Below, in pieces: positions 36,202 through 47,900 of a DNA stretch of 64,000 nucleotides (positions within the stretch are counted from its first letter, which is position 1; the number at the start of each line of letters is the position of its first letter). The translations under genes and the position numbers were made by a program. Source of the stretch: Macrostomum lignano (Eukaryota); assembly GCA_002269645.1 (NCBI GenBank), contig NIVC01002358.1, positions 62,001-126,000 of the forward strand, given 5' to 3'. The notes below the pieces were generated by a model that worked only from the letters and a program-made list of their open reading frames with translations, had not been told where the DNA came from and searched no databases.

Positions 36202-38502
36202 TTAATCATGTTCAAACTCTTTGAACAATGGCACAGCGCAATAACAGTCTTTGCTGAACGATTCTACTGGAACAGCGATGCAGGGTCGATCGACCTCTGA
36301 AAAATTAACTATACGTTCGCGTCTGGCCGATCTGGGCGCATTAGACAGGGATATCAATACAAAATTGAATGTCGAAGACTTTTTGAACATGGATTCCAGC
36401 AATGCTTTCCAATTAAGTAAATCGATGGGGAAAGTTGCTGCTGGTACTCGTAAAACAAAATCAAACAGCGAACCAATGGGATCCAAAATTTGCACTCGAA
36501 TAGTATTAGGCTCGAGGAACTCTGCAATAGTGCAGATTTCGCCGGACTTCAATTGGCAAAGATGGTTAGAATTTTTCGACGCACAAGCTGAGCTTGTCGA
36601 GAAAAAATGTCCATTAAAATAAGCAAGTGAGTTTCGAAGAATACCATGTGGCCTGGATGGCTCTAAAGATATAGAGTTAACTGCATCCACTACAATAGAG
36701 TCCTTAACACAAGAAAAGTAGTGATGTAGCAACTTTTGAAACAAAAACTTGCGAACAAGCTGTGGGCCAAATGACACAGTTCCGCATAAGAACTTTTTGA
36801 ACATGCCAATGGAGCTCTCAAATGCGAACATAGAATAATTAAATACAGGTCCGTACAATTCGTACTGTTCAGCCATATGCAAAAGCAGGTGGAAATTAAG
36901 GCGGAGTACTTTCGGTCCGAATATTTGCTGAGCATTGGAGATAAAAGCTTTGCATAGCTTTTCGATATCAGTCTTATTTGATTGGGGGCTATACAACATG
37001 TGATAAATAAGAACTAAATTAGTTAACAGCAGTTTCAATGGAAAATGCGAAATTCTCTGCAAAAACGTAGGAAGAAGAAAGTATAGCGCAAAGTTTTTAA
37101 AATGCTTTGCTTTCCAATCTGAAAAGCCTTTAAAATTTGTGTTGATTGTGATGCTAGAAGGAGTTATAGATTGACGAATACAATTAGATATGAAATCCAT
37201 GCAATTAGCTGAGCAAAAATACAACTCGCGCCTGTTTGCAGGTAATGACAGCTCTTCTAGTAGATACTTGGTGTGGCCTTCGAAAAAGCAGTGTAAACTG
37301 TCAATAGGATTGCAGCTGGGAAACGGAACATAGTCTAACAAGCAACTGCGCATCTTTACGCCAAAAACAGGCCGATTTCGAATTTGTGCGAGCCGACAGT
37401 GTTCAAGATGGGAAGATGGGTTTCTCAAAGGAAACAAGTAGCCTTCACCATAGCGGAAGATCCAGTTTTTACCTTTCTCGGATACTTTAAAGCTCTCACC
37501 TGGGTGCAAGCACCTAGGACAGCTAAACGCACCATTGTACTGGTGAATGCAGAAGAGCTTAGCAAGAGCGGGCAAGTCACAAACAAAGAGTGTGTAATGG
37601 ACATGAACGGTGTATTCCGAGAATATAAACTGTTTTGGCAAATTGTTCATAATTTCAGACAGAAAAGACTGGAAATGCGGGACTGCCTTCGATGAAACAA
37701 GAGCAATTAGAATTAAATTTGCAAAGCGTTGACGGATGTAAACAGGAAGGTTTAGAAGTTGAGCCTGAAATGGCCAAAAGCTACTCTGAACAGATTCAAA
37801 AAAATTGGCGCCATCAGCTGAGATTAGAAGATGCAAGTGAAGCGACTTGCCAGAAGATAGGCTTAAGCCTTGTTCTTTAACTATTTTGGAATTCAAAACG
37901 TCTGTGTTTTTATCCTTTTGCAATTCTTGCTCATACTGCAGAATAGTTGAAGTGTGGCTGCTTAAGATAGTCCGCAGCTGTGGAACAATATTGAGCTGTG
38001 TCACAGCAACCTTTGACTTTGGGGAATGAACCTGACACTGGCTTTTGCATTCTGGGCAAAAGCCAAATTCAGACACGTCACTATCATCAAGAGGGCAAGT
38101 ATCTTGAATCAATGATTTGAGCAACTTGACGCTATTTGGAAGAGCTAGAGAATCTCTACTAAAAATAGAAAGTAGCTTCAGGAGTCTATCAAGAGCAGCC
38201 TCTGAAACTCCGGAAGTAATTGCCCACTGAAAAATCAGAGCCGCCTGCACACTGGGATCTGAGATGGAAGCCAAATTCGCTAAGCTATCTGAACTCTCCT
38301 CAAGCACAGGCACAGCATTGTTTTCACCAATAAAAGTTTCCACAGCGTCAGGACAGCTGTGCGAGTGCGTTACACCGGCTTCGCTTGAAATTGAACTCCT
38401 ATTACTTGTAGAAAAACTATTTGAGGGAGAAGAAATCGCCTGACAAGAGTAGGCTGAGTAATTAGTAGAAAGAGAGTGCTCAGATTCTGATTTACTAGAC
38501 AT
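36202..38502 (-). CDS. EnSpm/CACTA-type transposase, 766 aa, uninterrupted
   Basis: Motifs FCPECKSQC, ISADGANFF...WPFQAQLLNLP, CDLPALAK...QYNGAFSCPRC...G, IDSLHCFFEGH, NFHLLLH...YGPV...SMFAFES, typical of animal CMC-EnSpm transposases. Confidence 0.9.
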   Translation of the reverse strand: MSSKSESEHSLSTNYSAYSCQAISSPSNSFSTSNRSSISSEAGVTHSHSCPDAVETFIGENNAVPVLEESSDSLANLASISDPSVQAALIFQWAITSGVSEAALDRLLKLLSIFSRDSLALPNSVKLLKSLIQDTCPLDDSDVSEFGFCPECKSQCQVHSPKSKVAVTQLNIVPQLRTILSSHTSTILQYEQELQKDKNTDVLNSKIVKEQGLSLSSGKSLHLHLLISADGANFFESVQSSFWPFQAQLLNLPVYIRQRFANLILIALVSSKAVPHFQSFLSEIMNNLPKQFIFSEYTVHVHYTLFVCDLPALAKLFCIHQYNGAFSCPRCLHPGESFKVSEKGKNWIFRYGEGYLFPLRNPSSHLEHCRLAQIRNRPVFGVKMRSCLLDYVPFPSCNPIDSLHCFFEGHTKYLLEELSLPANRRELYFCSANCMDFISNCIRQSITPSSITINTNFKGFSDWKAKHFKNFALYFLLPTFLQRISHFPLKLLLTNLVLIYHMLYSPQSNKTDIEKLCKAFISNAQQIFGPKVLRLNFHLLLHMAEQYELYGPVFNYSMFAFESSIGMFKKFLCGTVSFGPQLVRKFLFQKLLHHYFSCVKDSIVVDAVNSISLEPSRPHGILRNSLAYFNGHFFSTSSACASKNSNHLCQLKSGEICTIAEFLEPNTIRVQILDPIGSLFDFVLRVPAATFPIDLLNWKALLESMFKKSSTFNFVLISLSNAPRSARRERIVNFSEVDRPCIAVPVESFSKDCYCAVPLFKEFEHD

Positions 38503-38551
38503 AAAAATAGCAATTCAAATATTCAAAAGTTACTAGAATTTTTTCCGCAAT

Positions 38552-41078
38552 TCACGGTCCCATTCGCCTTGAGCGGGAAATGGAATCCCCTGACTCGGGT
38601 CCAGAAGCAGCAGTTGAAGTTCGCTTTCTCGCCCGTGTCTCCTCCCTGGCCAGCTGATTGAGATGGTCTCGTACAGACTTCCAGATTTCGTGGAAGTCGT
38701 AGCCAGATGTTCGATAGCACAATTGAAGCAAACCTGAAAATTCACGAGTATAGTAAAATATTTTTACAATAGACATTGTGTACTGTGTTTATAGTAGAAA
38801 TAGGCTAAATTTAAAAGGAAGTTGATTTATGATGCTAATCATTAAATAGGTCAATGGGATGTATTGAACTTTAGAACTATTTTTCCTCAATTTCTTTTAT
38901 CTCAGACCTAAATGTGTTTTTTTAGAAAATATCCCAAGTATTGGATTCAGATCATTTAGCATTAATTAGCCTAAATTGCTTTATAATAAAAAAATTGCAC
39001 AAAACTGTGAAAAAATTATATATATATATTTACGTTGAAACTCTGTCACATGCTCAGATGGAGCAGGCCTTCGGGAACTGCGAGCACCACAGGATGAATC
39101 GATTATATGCTCAAGCAAGTAGCCTTCGCCAAATCGCAGCTTGATATACCTTCGGAGGAACACCTTAGGATCGTTGCAAAGAATTGAAGACAGCTCAGCT
39201 AGGGAACCATCAATGCACCTAAATTCCTAAAAAATGTTATTATATAGTAGAACTTTTATACTACAGACGTGATGCTGCTGATGCTAAGAAAAAACTGACA
39301 TACCTCATTTTGGTATTCTTTAATTGTTAGCATTCCACCAAAGTTGTCATCCTTTTTTAAAAGTCGGCATATCCTTGCAGCAAGACGCTTCTCAAGAGAA
39401 AGCAACTCGGATTGAATGAACAGTTTTAGATCTAGAGTAAGATATATGCTCATATATAAAAATATGGTGATTTTGATTTTTAATAATGTGATTGTATCAT
39501 ATTAAAAAAATAAAATTATACCTTTCATTGTTGCATCCGATTCACTGTTTACTATCTGTACCCCTCGGAGGGGTTGCACTTCTTGAATTGCACCTAGTGA
39601 TAAAAAAGGCTTATTGCTACAAAAATATTGACTCATTTGGTATTTGGTTTTCAATTAGGTGTAATAGAATATACAAACTTGATTCCAAGAGGCCTGTGGC
39701 ACGAGCTTGCTCATTTTCAACCAAAGATGCCTCTCTCTCAAATGCAGAAATGGCTTTTTCTAAAAAATAATAATTAATCAAATAATACAACAAAAAAAAC
39801 AAATTGCAAACAATTAATAGTTCATATATATTGCAGTTTTACCCATTGATTGAGTAGCTGGTATCGCCAAATTTGGTTCGCCACTTTCACTATCCACTTC
39901 ATAAAGCTCGTCAAGTAGTCCATGCTGATGACAACTAGAACTTGAAGCAACCTGCTTTGAACTAGATGACCTTATTGTCCTTACATTTGCAATGCCAGCT
40001 TGGGGATCTTTCATTGCAAAAAGCTCAATAGCTTGGCTAATCAATGAATCAGTATTTTCAGCCTCACTAACCAAGTTGGAAAGTTGGTTCATAGTTGAAG
40101 CCATTTGCCTTTCACTACCTTTTGCCACAAGTGTAGCAGAAAATAGTTTGCCATACATGCGTAAAAAGACTTTAGTCCCCTAAAATATAATTTAATAAAG
40201 TAATATTACATTTGTAGTTGGAATAATTTGTTTTAGAAACCATGTACTCAATAACAAAATATTATGCATATAAATCCAACTTAAAATCTTACTTGTGCAA
40301 GTTCCAACTTTTCATCATTAGTTATTGTACTTGGCCAATAGGGAGACCCAAATGCAATGGTCACATATTGCTCATCATGGCCAACATTGTGAAGAATAAA
40401 GCAGAAAAACAATGCTGAATTGTCATTTCCAAATTTAGAAGTACTTTTTGTCTGCTTTCGAAGAGGCCTAGAATTAGATGCACTTAATCCAATATCATCC
40501 ATAACAATTTGTTCTGAAAAAGTTTCACAAGGAGATAAGGTTTGAAGAATCAATCAAGAGGCCAATGACAAACCAATTAGAATTGTATATAAAAAAAATT
40601 TAATATAGGGACCCTAGGCCCCTATGATTTTAAATAAAAATTATAATATAAGGCCTAGGCCCTATATATAGGCCTATAATTATAAAGTTGTGCCATTGTG
40701 GATTTTCTGATACAAAGTAGACAATATTAGGCCTAATTGGGCCTAGTCTAGTCTAGTTTTGATTATAGACTGTATATTAGATACAAAGGACATGAAAGGT
40801 CTCGAAATTAAGTACCAATTACCATAATATACTATTATTTTTTATTATTTTGAAACTGTCAGCCTACCATGTGATTTTTATCATTAGGCTATGGCCTAGG
40901 TCTAGGATGCCACTTTAGACTAGGCCTTTGGCTTTGGTTAGGCCAACCTATCATTATAAAAATGCAGCAAAATATCATTCAAAAATATACATCTAACCCC
41001 TATAGGTTATCTTTGCATCCCAAATATAATATATAATAGGGTTTCTATTTTCTAATATATCTACAAATACAATTTTCA
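38552..41078 (-). CDS. Second EnSpm gene, spliced, with a C-terminal BEN-like domain (5' end unresolved)
   Basis: Exons 41078-40998, 40513-40293, 40179-39843, 39759-39679, 39431-39304, 39226-39034, 38733-38552 are all GT-AG and phase-consistent. The C-terminus FLRRYIKLRFGEGYLLEH...EFQRLLQLCY...IWKSVRDHLNQLAREETR fits the BEN pattern (by eye). Confidence 0.72.
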
Positions 41079-41639
41079 CTGAAGGAGTGAAGATCAAAAT
41101 TAGCATGTCAAAAAACCTTACAAGCCACCGAATTTTAAAACTAGCTACCAAAAGTGGAACTGGAAGTATATAGCTAAGAAAAAACATAAACATAAACATA
41201 GCACATAGTGACACATAATGAAATGATGACAACATGCAAGAGTGACAGAGTCCTCTTAGAAAGGAAAAATAGGCCTAGTAATTTATGTTTATGGGAAGTT
41301 AAGTCCGTAATTAACTAAACCGAAACAAAATGGCCAACAAAATTGCTGGTAATATATTCAAAGCAATTTGTAGGTGAAGATTTTAACAAATTTATTAAAC
41401 TATTTTTTGTATTTACAATTTCGCTTTTATTAAATATATTTAAAACTTTATTAGATATACATAAAATAGCCTGAAATTTTTTATAAGCTTAGTTATTTAT
41501 TTTCCCGTATGAACTCCCTGACATGGATGATTTTACCATGGAAAGTTTTAAAAATCCATGCATGAAAATACCATGAACATGCATGATTTATCAATGGATC
41601 ATGGATCATAGATGATTTATCCATGATAAGAGAGTAGGG

Positions 41640-42330
41640 GAGTGGCCCGCGGCGCCAAAATGAGTGGCCTGCAGTGCCAAAATGAGTGCCTGTGGCGCCA
41701 AAATGAGTGGCCTGTGGCGCCAAAATGAGTGGCCCGCGGCGCCAAAATGAGTGGCCTGCAGTGCCAAAATGAGTGCCTGTGGCGCCAAAATGAGTGGCCT
41801 GTGGCGCCAAAATGAGTGGCCTGTGGCGCCAAAATGAGTGGCCTGTGGCGCCAAAATGAGTGGCCTGTGGCGCCAAAATGAGTGGCCTGTGGCGCCAAAA
41901 TGAGTGGCCTGCAGTGCCAAAATGAGTGCCTGTGGCGCCAAAATGAGTGGCCTGTGGCGCCAAAATGAGCTGTGGCCTGCAGTGCCAAAATGAGTGCCTG
42001 TGGCGCCAAAATGAGTGGCCTGTGGCGCCAAAATGAGTGGCCTGTGGCGCCAAAATGAGTGGCCTGTGGCGCCAAAATGAGTGGCCTGTGGCGCCAAAAT
42101 GAGTGGCCTGTGGCGCCAAAATTAGTGGCCTGTGGCGCCAAAATTAGTGGCCTGTGGCGCCAAAATGAGTGGCATGTGGCGCCAAAATGAGTGGCATGTG
42201 GCGCCAAAATTAGTGGCCTGTGGCGCCAAAATGAGTGGCCTGTGGCGCCAAAATGAGTGTCTGGTCCCAAAATTTTTTTGGGGCACCAAAATGAGTAGCT
42301 TGCGGCGCCAAAATAAGTGCCTGTGGAAAA
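41640..42330. repeat. 22-bp minisatellite (ggcgccaaaatgagtggcctgt)
   Basis: About 30 copies; the first unit is split by the EnSpm insertion (left half at 34895-34907). Confidence 0.95.
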
Positions 42331-43107
42331 TTATAGTTTTATTATAATAATAATTTTATTTCGCACTTGTATTTTTGTTTCCAAACTGTAACTATTTGTA
42401 AATGCGTCACATGTCTTCTCCAAATGCATTAAAATTGTGCTCTAATTTGTAAAAAAATGGATTGATTTTGTAGACGCGAAAGCAATGTTAAATATATTTT
42501 TTCAACATTTTCATTATCTAAAAAATTAAAATACAGACTACTGTTCACCGATAGCTTAGAAGTAGTGCATTGAGAACATGACATACAATATTAAAATTTC
42601 TAGTGTATAAGCACTATTGGCGGTATAATATACTGATGCAAAATCCATGCCCTGGCACCTGCGCACCGCCAATATTACGGTTTCGATCCCCTGGTCTGTT
42701 TCCCCCCCCCAACCCCCACCTCATTCAGTCAGTGCATCCCGTCAGGCCTTGGCTTCTAGGCTCTGCATTGGCGCGCAGCGTGTACCTTTCTTCTGGGTGC
42801 GAGAAAAGTGGTAAACATCGGATTCCTTCTAAAACACCTGGTCGAGGGGCATTCATTTCTTGGGTTGCCGGCCGAAAGGCTGTATACGCTCGTAAACCTT
42901 AATTAGGGGCAGCGCAGAGTTGCTAACGAAGCGCCAGTAGAAGTCGGAAGACGCGACTTAAACAGGTTCGGCGGCTGTCCCACCGGCAGTTACTTTAGTC
43001 TCCTGTTGCAGGTTTGAAACTAGAAAATCTGAAGCCAAAACAGCGGCGCTAGCCAGGATAATTTAGCAAATTATTCAACCAGACAGCATTGCGGACACGC
43101 GCACGCG

Positions 43108-44049
43108 ATGAGCCTGACTGCCATCGCCGAGGAGCCGCCACCGTCGCCTCCGCCGTCGCCTCCGCCGAATCCGCAGCCGCAACCGGCGCCTCCTCCATCA
43201 TCGCCTTCGCCTCCACCGACGCCACCGACGCCTCCATCGCCTGCATCTCCGCAGACGCCAAACGAGTCTTCGCTGATGGACGGCGGCGAGTGCGGCGGCG
43301 GTGCCAAACCGGAGGCGGCCCAGCGGCTCGGCCTCCGGTGTCACCGCCTGCGGGCGGCCGCCTCCGCGGTGTACTATGCGGTCGCCCTGGCCGCCCTGGC
43401 CGCCTCCGCCGTCCTGCTGATCGGAGGCTTCCGCAGCGGCTCCCGCGCCGCCCTGACCGCCGGCACCCTGCTGCTGTGCGCCGCCTTCGGCCTGTGCACC
43501 AACCGCTGCTGCCTCGGCCAGCTGCTCGGCTCTCCGCCCACCGCCGCCGCCGTCGGCACCAAGGCAGCCTCGTCTCTCTCGTCGCCGTCAACGGGGAAAA
43601 AGTCGCCGCGGAAGGAGCGCCCGGAGGCGTCGGCGTCGGTGGCCGCGATGGCCAAGCGGAGCTTCCGGCTGGCCGCGGTGGCCGCCGCAGCAGCGGCGTC
43701 GGCCTCGGACGAAACGGCAGCGGCGTCGTCTTCGCCGCCGACAACACCGCGTCGGGCGCCGCTGAACGTCAACGGCCCCCTGCTGGGCGGCGGCCGGCGC
43801 TGCTCGGCATTCGGCCTCGGCCCGGGCGACCCCGCGGCCCGCCTGGCGTTCATGCGGCAGCGCTCGGCGCCCGGCTCGGCGTCTGGCGCCGCTGCGGTTG
43901 TCGCCGGCGCCGGCGGTGGCAGCGGTGGCCGGCGGATGAGCTCCGCGCTGCAGCTGCAGCAGCTGGCCGCCTCGGCAGACGATGGCGACGATGCCGGCGG
44001 CTGCTGGATGTCATCCGGAGGCCTCGGGGAGTTTGTCGAATTCGCCTGA
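43108..44049 (+). CDS. Single-exon 313-aa protein: Pro-rich N-terminus, two predicted TM helices, Ala/Ser-rich tail
   Basis: GC3-rich ORF with hydrophobic segments AVYYAVALAALAASAVLLIGGF and AALTAGTLLLCAAFGLC. No family recognised. Confidence 0.6.
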   Translation: MSLTAIAEEPPPSPPPSPPPNPQPQPAPPPSSPSPPPTPPTPPSPASPQTPNESSLMDGGECGGGAKPEAAQRLGLRCHRLRAAASAVYYAVALAALAASAVLLIGGFRSGSRAALTAGTLLLCAAFGLCTNRCCLGQLLGSPPTAAAVGTKAASSLSSPSTGKKSPRKERPEASASVAAMAKRSFRLAAVAAAAAASASDETAAASSSPPTTPRRAPLNVNGPLLGGGRRCSAFGLGPGDPAARLAFMRQRSAPGSASGAAAVVAGAGGGSGGRRMSSALQLQQLAASADDGDDAGGCWMSSGGLGEFVEFA

Positions 44050-44234
44050 TTGATTGACAGCTCAAGAATCCTGCTCCGTATTGAGCAGCTGCCGTGAACA
44101 GAAGTTCAGGCAATTCTGACTTTCAGCACCGGTAAAATCTTTGATAAGCGGCTTTAGAGGCAAAGATAAAAGATAATGTAGCTTGACCTGTGCCAGACAA
44201 TTCGATGCTAATATACATAAAAAAATTCTACAAT

Positions 44235-44425
44235 CGGGCGTCAATGTCTAGAATGGGGCGCCAATGTCTAGAATGGGGCGCCAATGTCCGGAATGGGGCG
44301 CCAATGTCTAGAAATGGGGCGCCAATGTCTAGAATGGGGCGCCAATGTCTAGAAATGGGGCGCCAATGTCTAGAAATGGGGCGCCAATGTCTAGAAATGG
44401 GGCGCCAATGTCTAGAATGGAGCGC
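44235..44425. repeat. 20-21 bp minisatellite (ggggcgccaatgtctagaat)
   Basis: About 9 copies. Confidence 0.9.
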
Positions 44426-44954
44426 TAAAGTCAAGTTCGGATGAAAGATCTGTACAGATACCTTAACTCTAAAACATTTGCTTATGTTTCCCTTTTATAT
44501 TACTAAAAGTAGGCTTAAAAGTGTTTAACGGTATTTTTCGAGTTCGATTGAATTTTTGTTGCATGCATTACAGTCTACCTCAAAACCGCTTGCTTCACCC
44601 CAGACGCACATTTTTATTAAACTATGCGAATATTTTTGCATTCATATTTGTTACCATAGCAACTGAAGTGTTTGCTTTCTCAATTGAAATCTAACTTAAA
44701 GATTTTTCGCATTGAATTTTTTAGAAAAAGTATTGAATTAATCTGATTGCCTTGAAGTAACGCAAGTGTTTGCGAAAAAATCTAATTAATTGAATTTTTA
44801 CCGGCTGGGAAAACGGGAAAAACATCTCGAGATATAGCGAGTCAGCCTGGCTTTGTTTACTGTGGATACAGCAAATTACAGTAAGACAGGCTCGCAACTG
44901 TATTTGTTAAGGCGGAGATCTTGTCTGTCAATAAGATTTGACTTGCTGATTGAA

Positions 44955-47900
44955 AATGACTTTGAAATCGACAGCCCTGTATTTGAAATCGACAACCCTG
45001 TATTTGAAATCGACAACCCTGTATTTGAAATCCACAACCCTGTATTTGAAATCCGCAACCCTGTATTTGAAATCCACAACCCTGTATTTGAAATCCACAA
45101 CCCTGTATTTGAAATCGTCAACCCTGTATTTGAAATCGACAACCCTGTATTTGAAATCGACAACCCTGTATTTGAAATCGCCAACCCTGTATTTAAAATC
45201 GCCAACCCTGTATTTGAAATCGACAACTCTGTATATGAAATCGACAACCCTGTATTTGAAATCGACAACCCTGTATTTGAAATCCACAACCCTGTATATG
45301 AAATCGACAAACCTGTATTTGAAATCGACAACCCTGTATTTGAAATCGCCAACCCTGTATTTGAAATCGACAGCCCTGTTATTTGAAATCGACAACACTG
45401 TATTTGAAATCCACAACCCTGTATTTGAAATCCACAGCCCTGTTATTTGAAATCCACAACCCTGTATTTGAAATCCACAACCCTGTATTTGAAATCGACA
45501 ACCCTGTATTTGAAATCCACAACCCTGTATTTGAAATCCACAACCCTGTATTTGAAATCCGCAACCCTGTATTTGAAATCCACAACCCTGTATTTGAAAT
45601 CGACAACACTGTATTTGAAATCGCCAACCCTGTATTTGAAATCGACAGCCCTGTTATTTGAAATCCACAACCCTGTATTTGAAATCCGCAACCCTGTATT
45701 TGAAATCCACAACCCTGTATTTGAAATCCACAACCCTGTATTTGAAATCGACAGCCCTGTATTTGAAATCCACAACACTGTATTTGAAATCGCCAACCCT
45801 GTATTTGAAATCGACAGCCCTGTTATTTGAAATCCACAACCCTGTATTTGAAATCCACAACCCTGTATTTGAAATCCACAACCCTGTATTTGAAATCGCC
45901 AACCCTGTATTTGAAATCGCCAACCCTGTATTTGAAATCGACAGCCCTGTATTTGAAATCCACAACCCTGTATTTGAAATCCACAACCCTGTATTTGAAA
46001 TCGACAGCCCTGTATTTGAAATCGCCAACCCTGTATTTGAAATCGACAGGTCTGTATTTGAAATCGTCAGCCCTGTATTTGAAATCGCCAACCCTGTATT
46101 TGAAATCGCCAACTCTGTATTTGAAATCGACAACCCTGTATTTGAAATCGAAAACCCTGTATTTGAAATCGACAGCCCTTTTATTTGAAATCCACAACCC
46201 TGTATTTAAAATCCACAACCCTGTATTTGAAATCGACAACCCTGTATTTGAAATCCACAACCCTGTATTTGAAATCCACAACCCTGTATTTGAAATCCGC
46301 AACCCTGTATTTGAAATCCACAACCCTGTATTTGAAATCGACAACACTGTATTTGAAATCGCCAACCCTGTATTTGAAATCGACAGCCCTGTTATTTGAA
46401 ATCCACAACCCTGTATTTGAAATCCGCAACCCTGTATTTGAAATCCACAACCCTGTATTTGAAATCCACAACCCTGTATTTGAAATCGACAGCCCTGTAT
46501 TTGAAATCCACAACACTGTATTTGAAATCGCCAACCCTGTATTTGAAATCGACAGCCCTGTTATTTGAAATCCACAACCCTGTATTTGAAATCCACAACC
46601 CTGTATTTGAAATCCACAACCCTGTATTTGAAATCCACAACCCTGTATTTGAAATCCACAACCCTGTATTTGAAATCCGCAACCCTGTATTTGAAATCCA
46701 CAACCCTGTATTTGAAATCGACAGCCCTGTATTTGAAATCCGCAACCCTGTATTTGAAATCCACAACCCTGTATTTAAAATCCACAACCCTGTATTTGAA
46801 ATCCACAACCCTGTATTTGAAATCCACAACCCTGTATTTGAAATCGACAACCCTGTATTTGAAATCCACAACCCTGTATTTGAAATCCACAACCCTGTAT
46901 TTGAAATCCGCAACCCTGTATTTGAAATCCACAACCCTGTATTTGAAATCGACAACACTGTATTTGAAATCGCCAACCCTGTATTTGAAATCGACAGCCC
47001 TGTTATTTGAAATCCACAACCCTGTATTTGAAATCCGCAACCCTGTATTTGAAATCCACAACCCTGTATTTGAAATCCACAACCCTGTATTTGAAATCGA
47101 CAGCCCTGTATTTGAAATCCACAACACTGTATTTGAAATCGCCAACCCTGTATTTGAAATCGACAGCCCTGTTATTTGAAATCCACAACCCTGTATTTGA
47201 AATCCACAACCCTGTATTTGAAATCCACAACCCTGTATTTGAAATCGCCAACCCTGTATTTGAAATCGCCAACCCTGTATTTGAAATCGACAGCCCTGTA
47301 TTTGAAATCCACAACCCTGTATTTGAAATCCACAACCCTGTATTTGAAATCGACAGCCCTGTATTTGAAATCGCCAACCCTGTATTTGAAATCGACAGGT
47401 CTGTATTTGAAATCGTCAGCCCTGTATTTGAAATCGCCAACCCTGTATTTGAAATCGCCAACTCTGTATTTGAAATCGCCAACCCTGTATTTGAAATCGC
47501 CAACTCTGTATTTGAAATCGATAACCCTGTATTTGAAATCGAAAACCCTGTATTTGAAATCGACAGCCCTTTTATTTGAAATCCACAACCCTGTATTTAA
47601 AATCCACAACCCTGTATTTGAAATCGACAACCCTGTATTTGAAATCCACAACCCTGTATTTGAAATCCGCAACCCTGTATTTGAAATCCACAACCCTGTA
47701 TTTGAAATCCACAACCCTGTATTTGAAATCCACAACCCTGTATTTGAAATCCACAACCCTGTATTTGAAATCGACAGCCCTGTATTTGAAATCCACAACA
47801 CTGTATTTGAAATCGCCAACCCTGTATTTGAAATCGACAGCCCTGTTATTTGAAATCCACAACCCTGTATTTGAAATCCACAACCCTGTATTTGAAATCC

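Larger units (their letters stand above)
34908..41639 (-). mobile_element. Full-length EnSpm/CACTA (CMC) DNA transposon, 6732 bp
   Basis: Left TIR CCCTACTCTCCTTGCATGGATAAATCAT versus right TIR (reverse complement) CCCTACTCTCTTATCATGGATAAATCAT; 2-bp TSD GA (34906-7, 41640-1); CATGGA-rich subterminal repeats at both ends; intact transposase plus a second spliced gene. Confidence 0.92.

Noticed and set aside
35086-42605. CACTA...TAGTG as the EnSpm termini
   Set aside because: Only 5-7 bp match; the CCCTACTCTC TIR pair at 34908/41639 has a longer match, an exact TSD and a restorable empty site.
42860-42900. gccggccgaaaggctg hairpin as a ribozyme or structured RNA
   Set aside because: Only a short GAAA-capped stem; no CUGAUGA hammerhead core nearby on either strand.
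43049-44113. Overlapping antisense and alternate-frame ORFs over GC-rich genes (also at 9.0-10.5 kb and 58.9-59.8 kb)
   Set aside because: Expected shadows of GC3-rich coding sequence; Arg/Pro/Ala-rich with no motifs.
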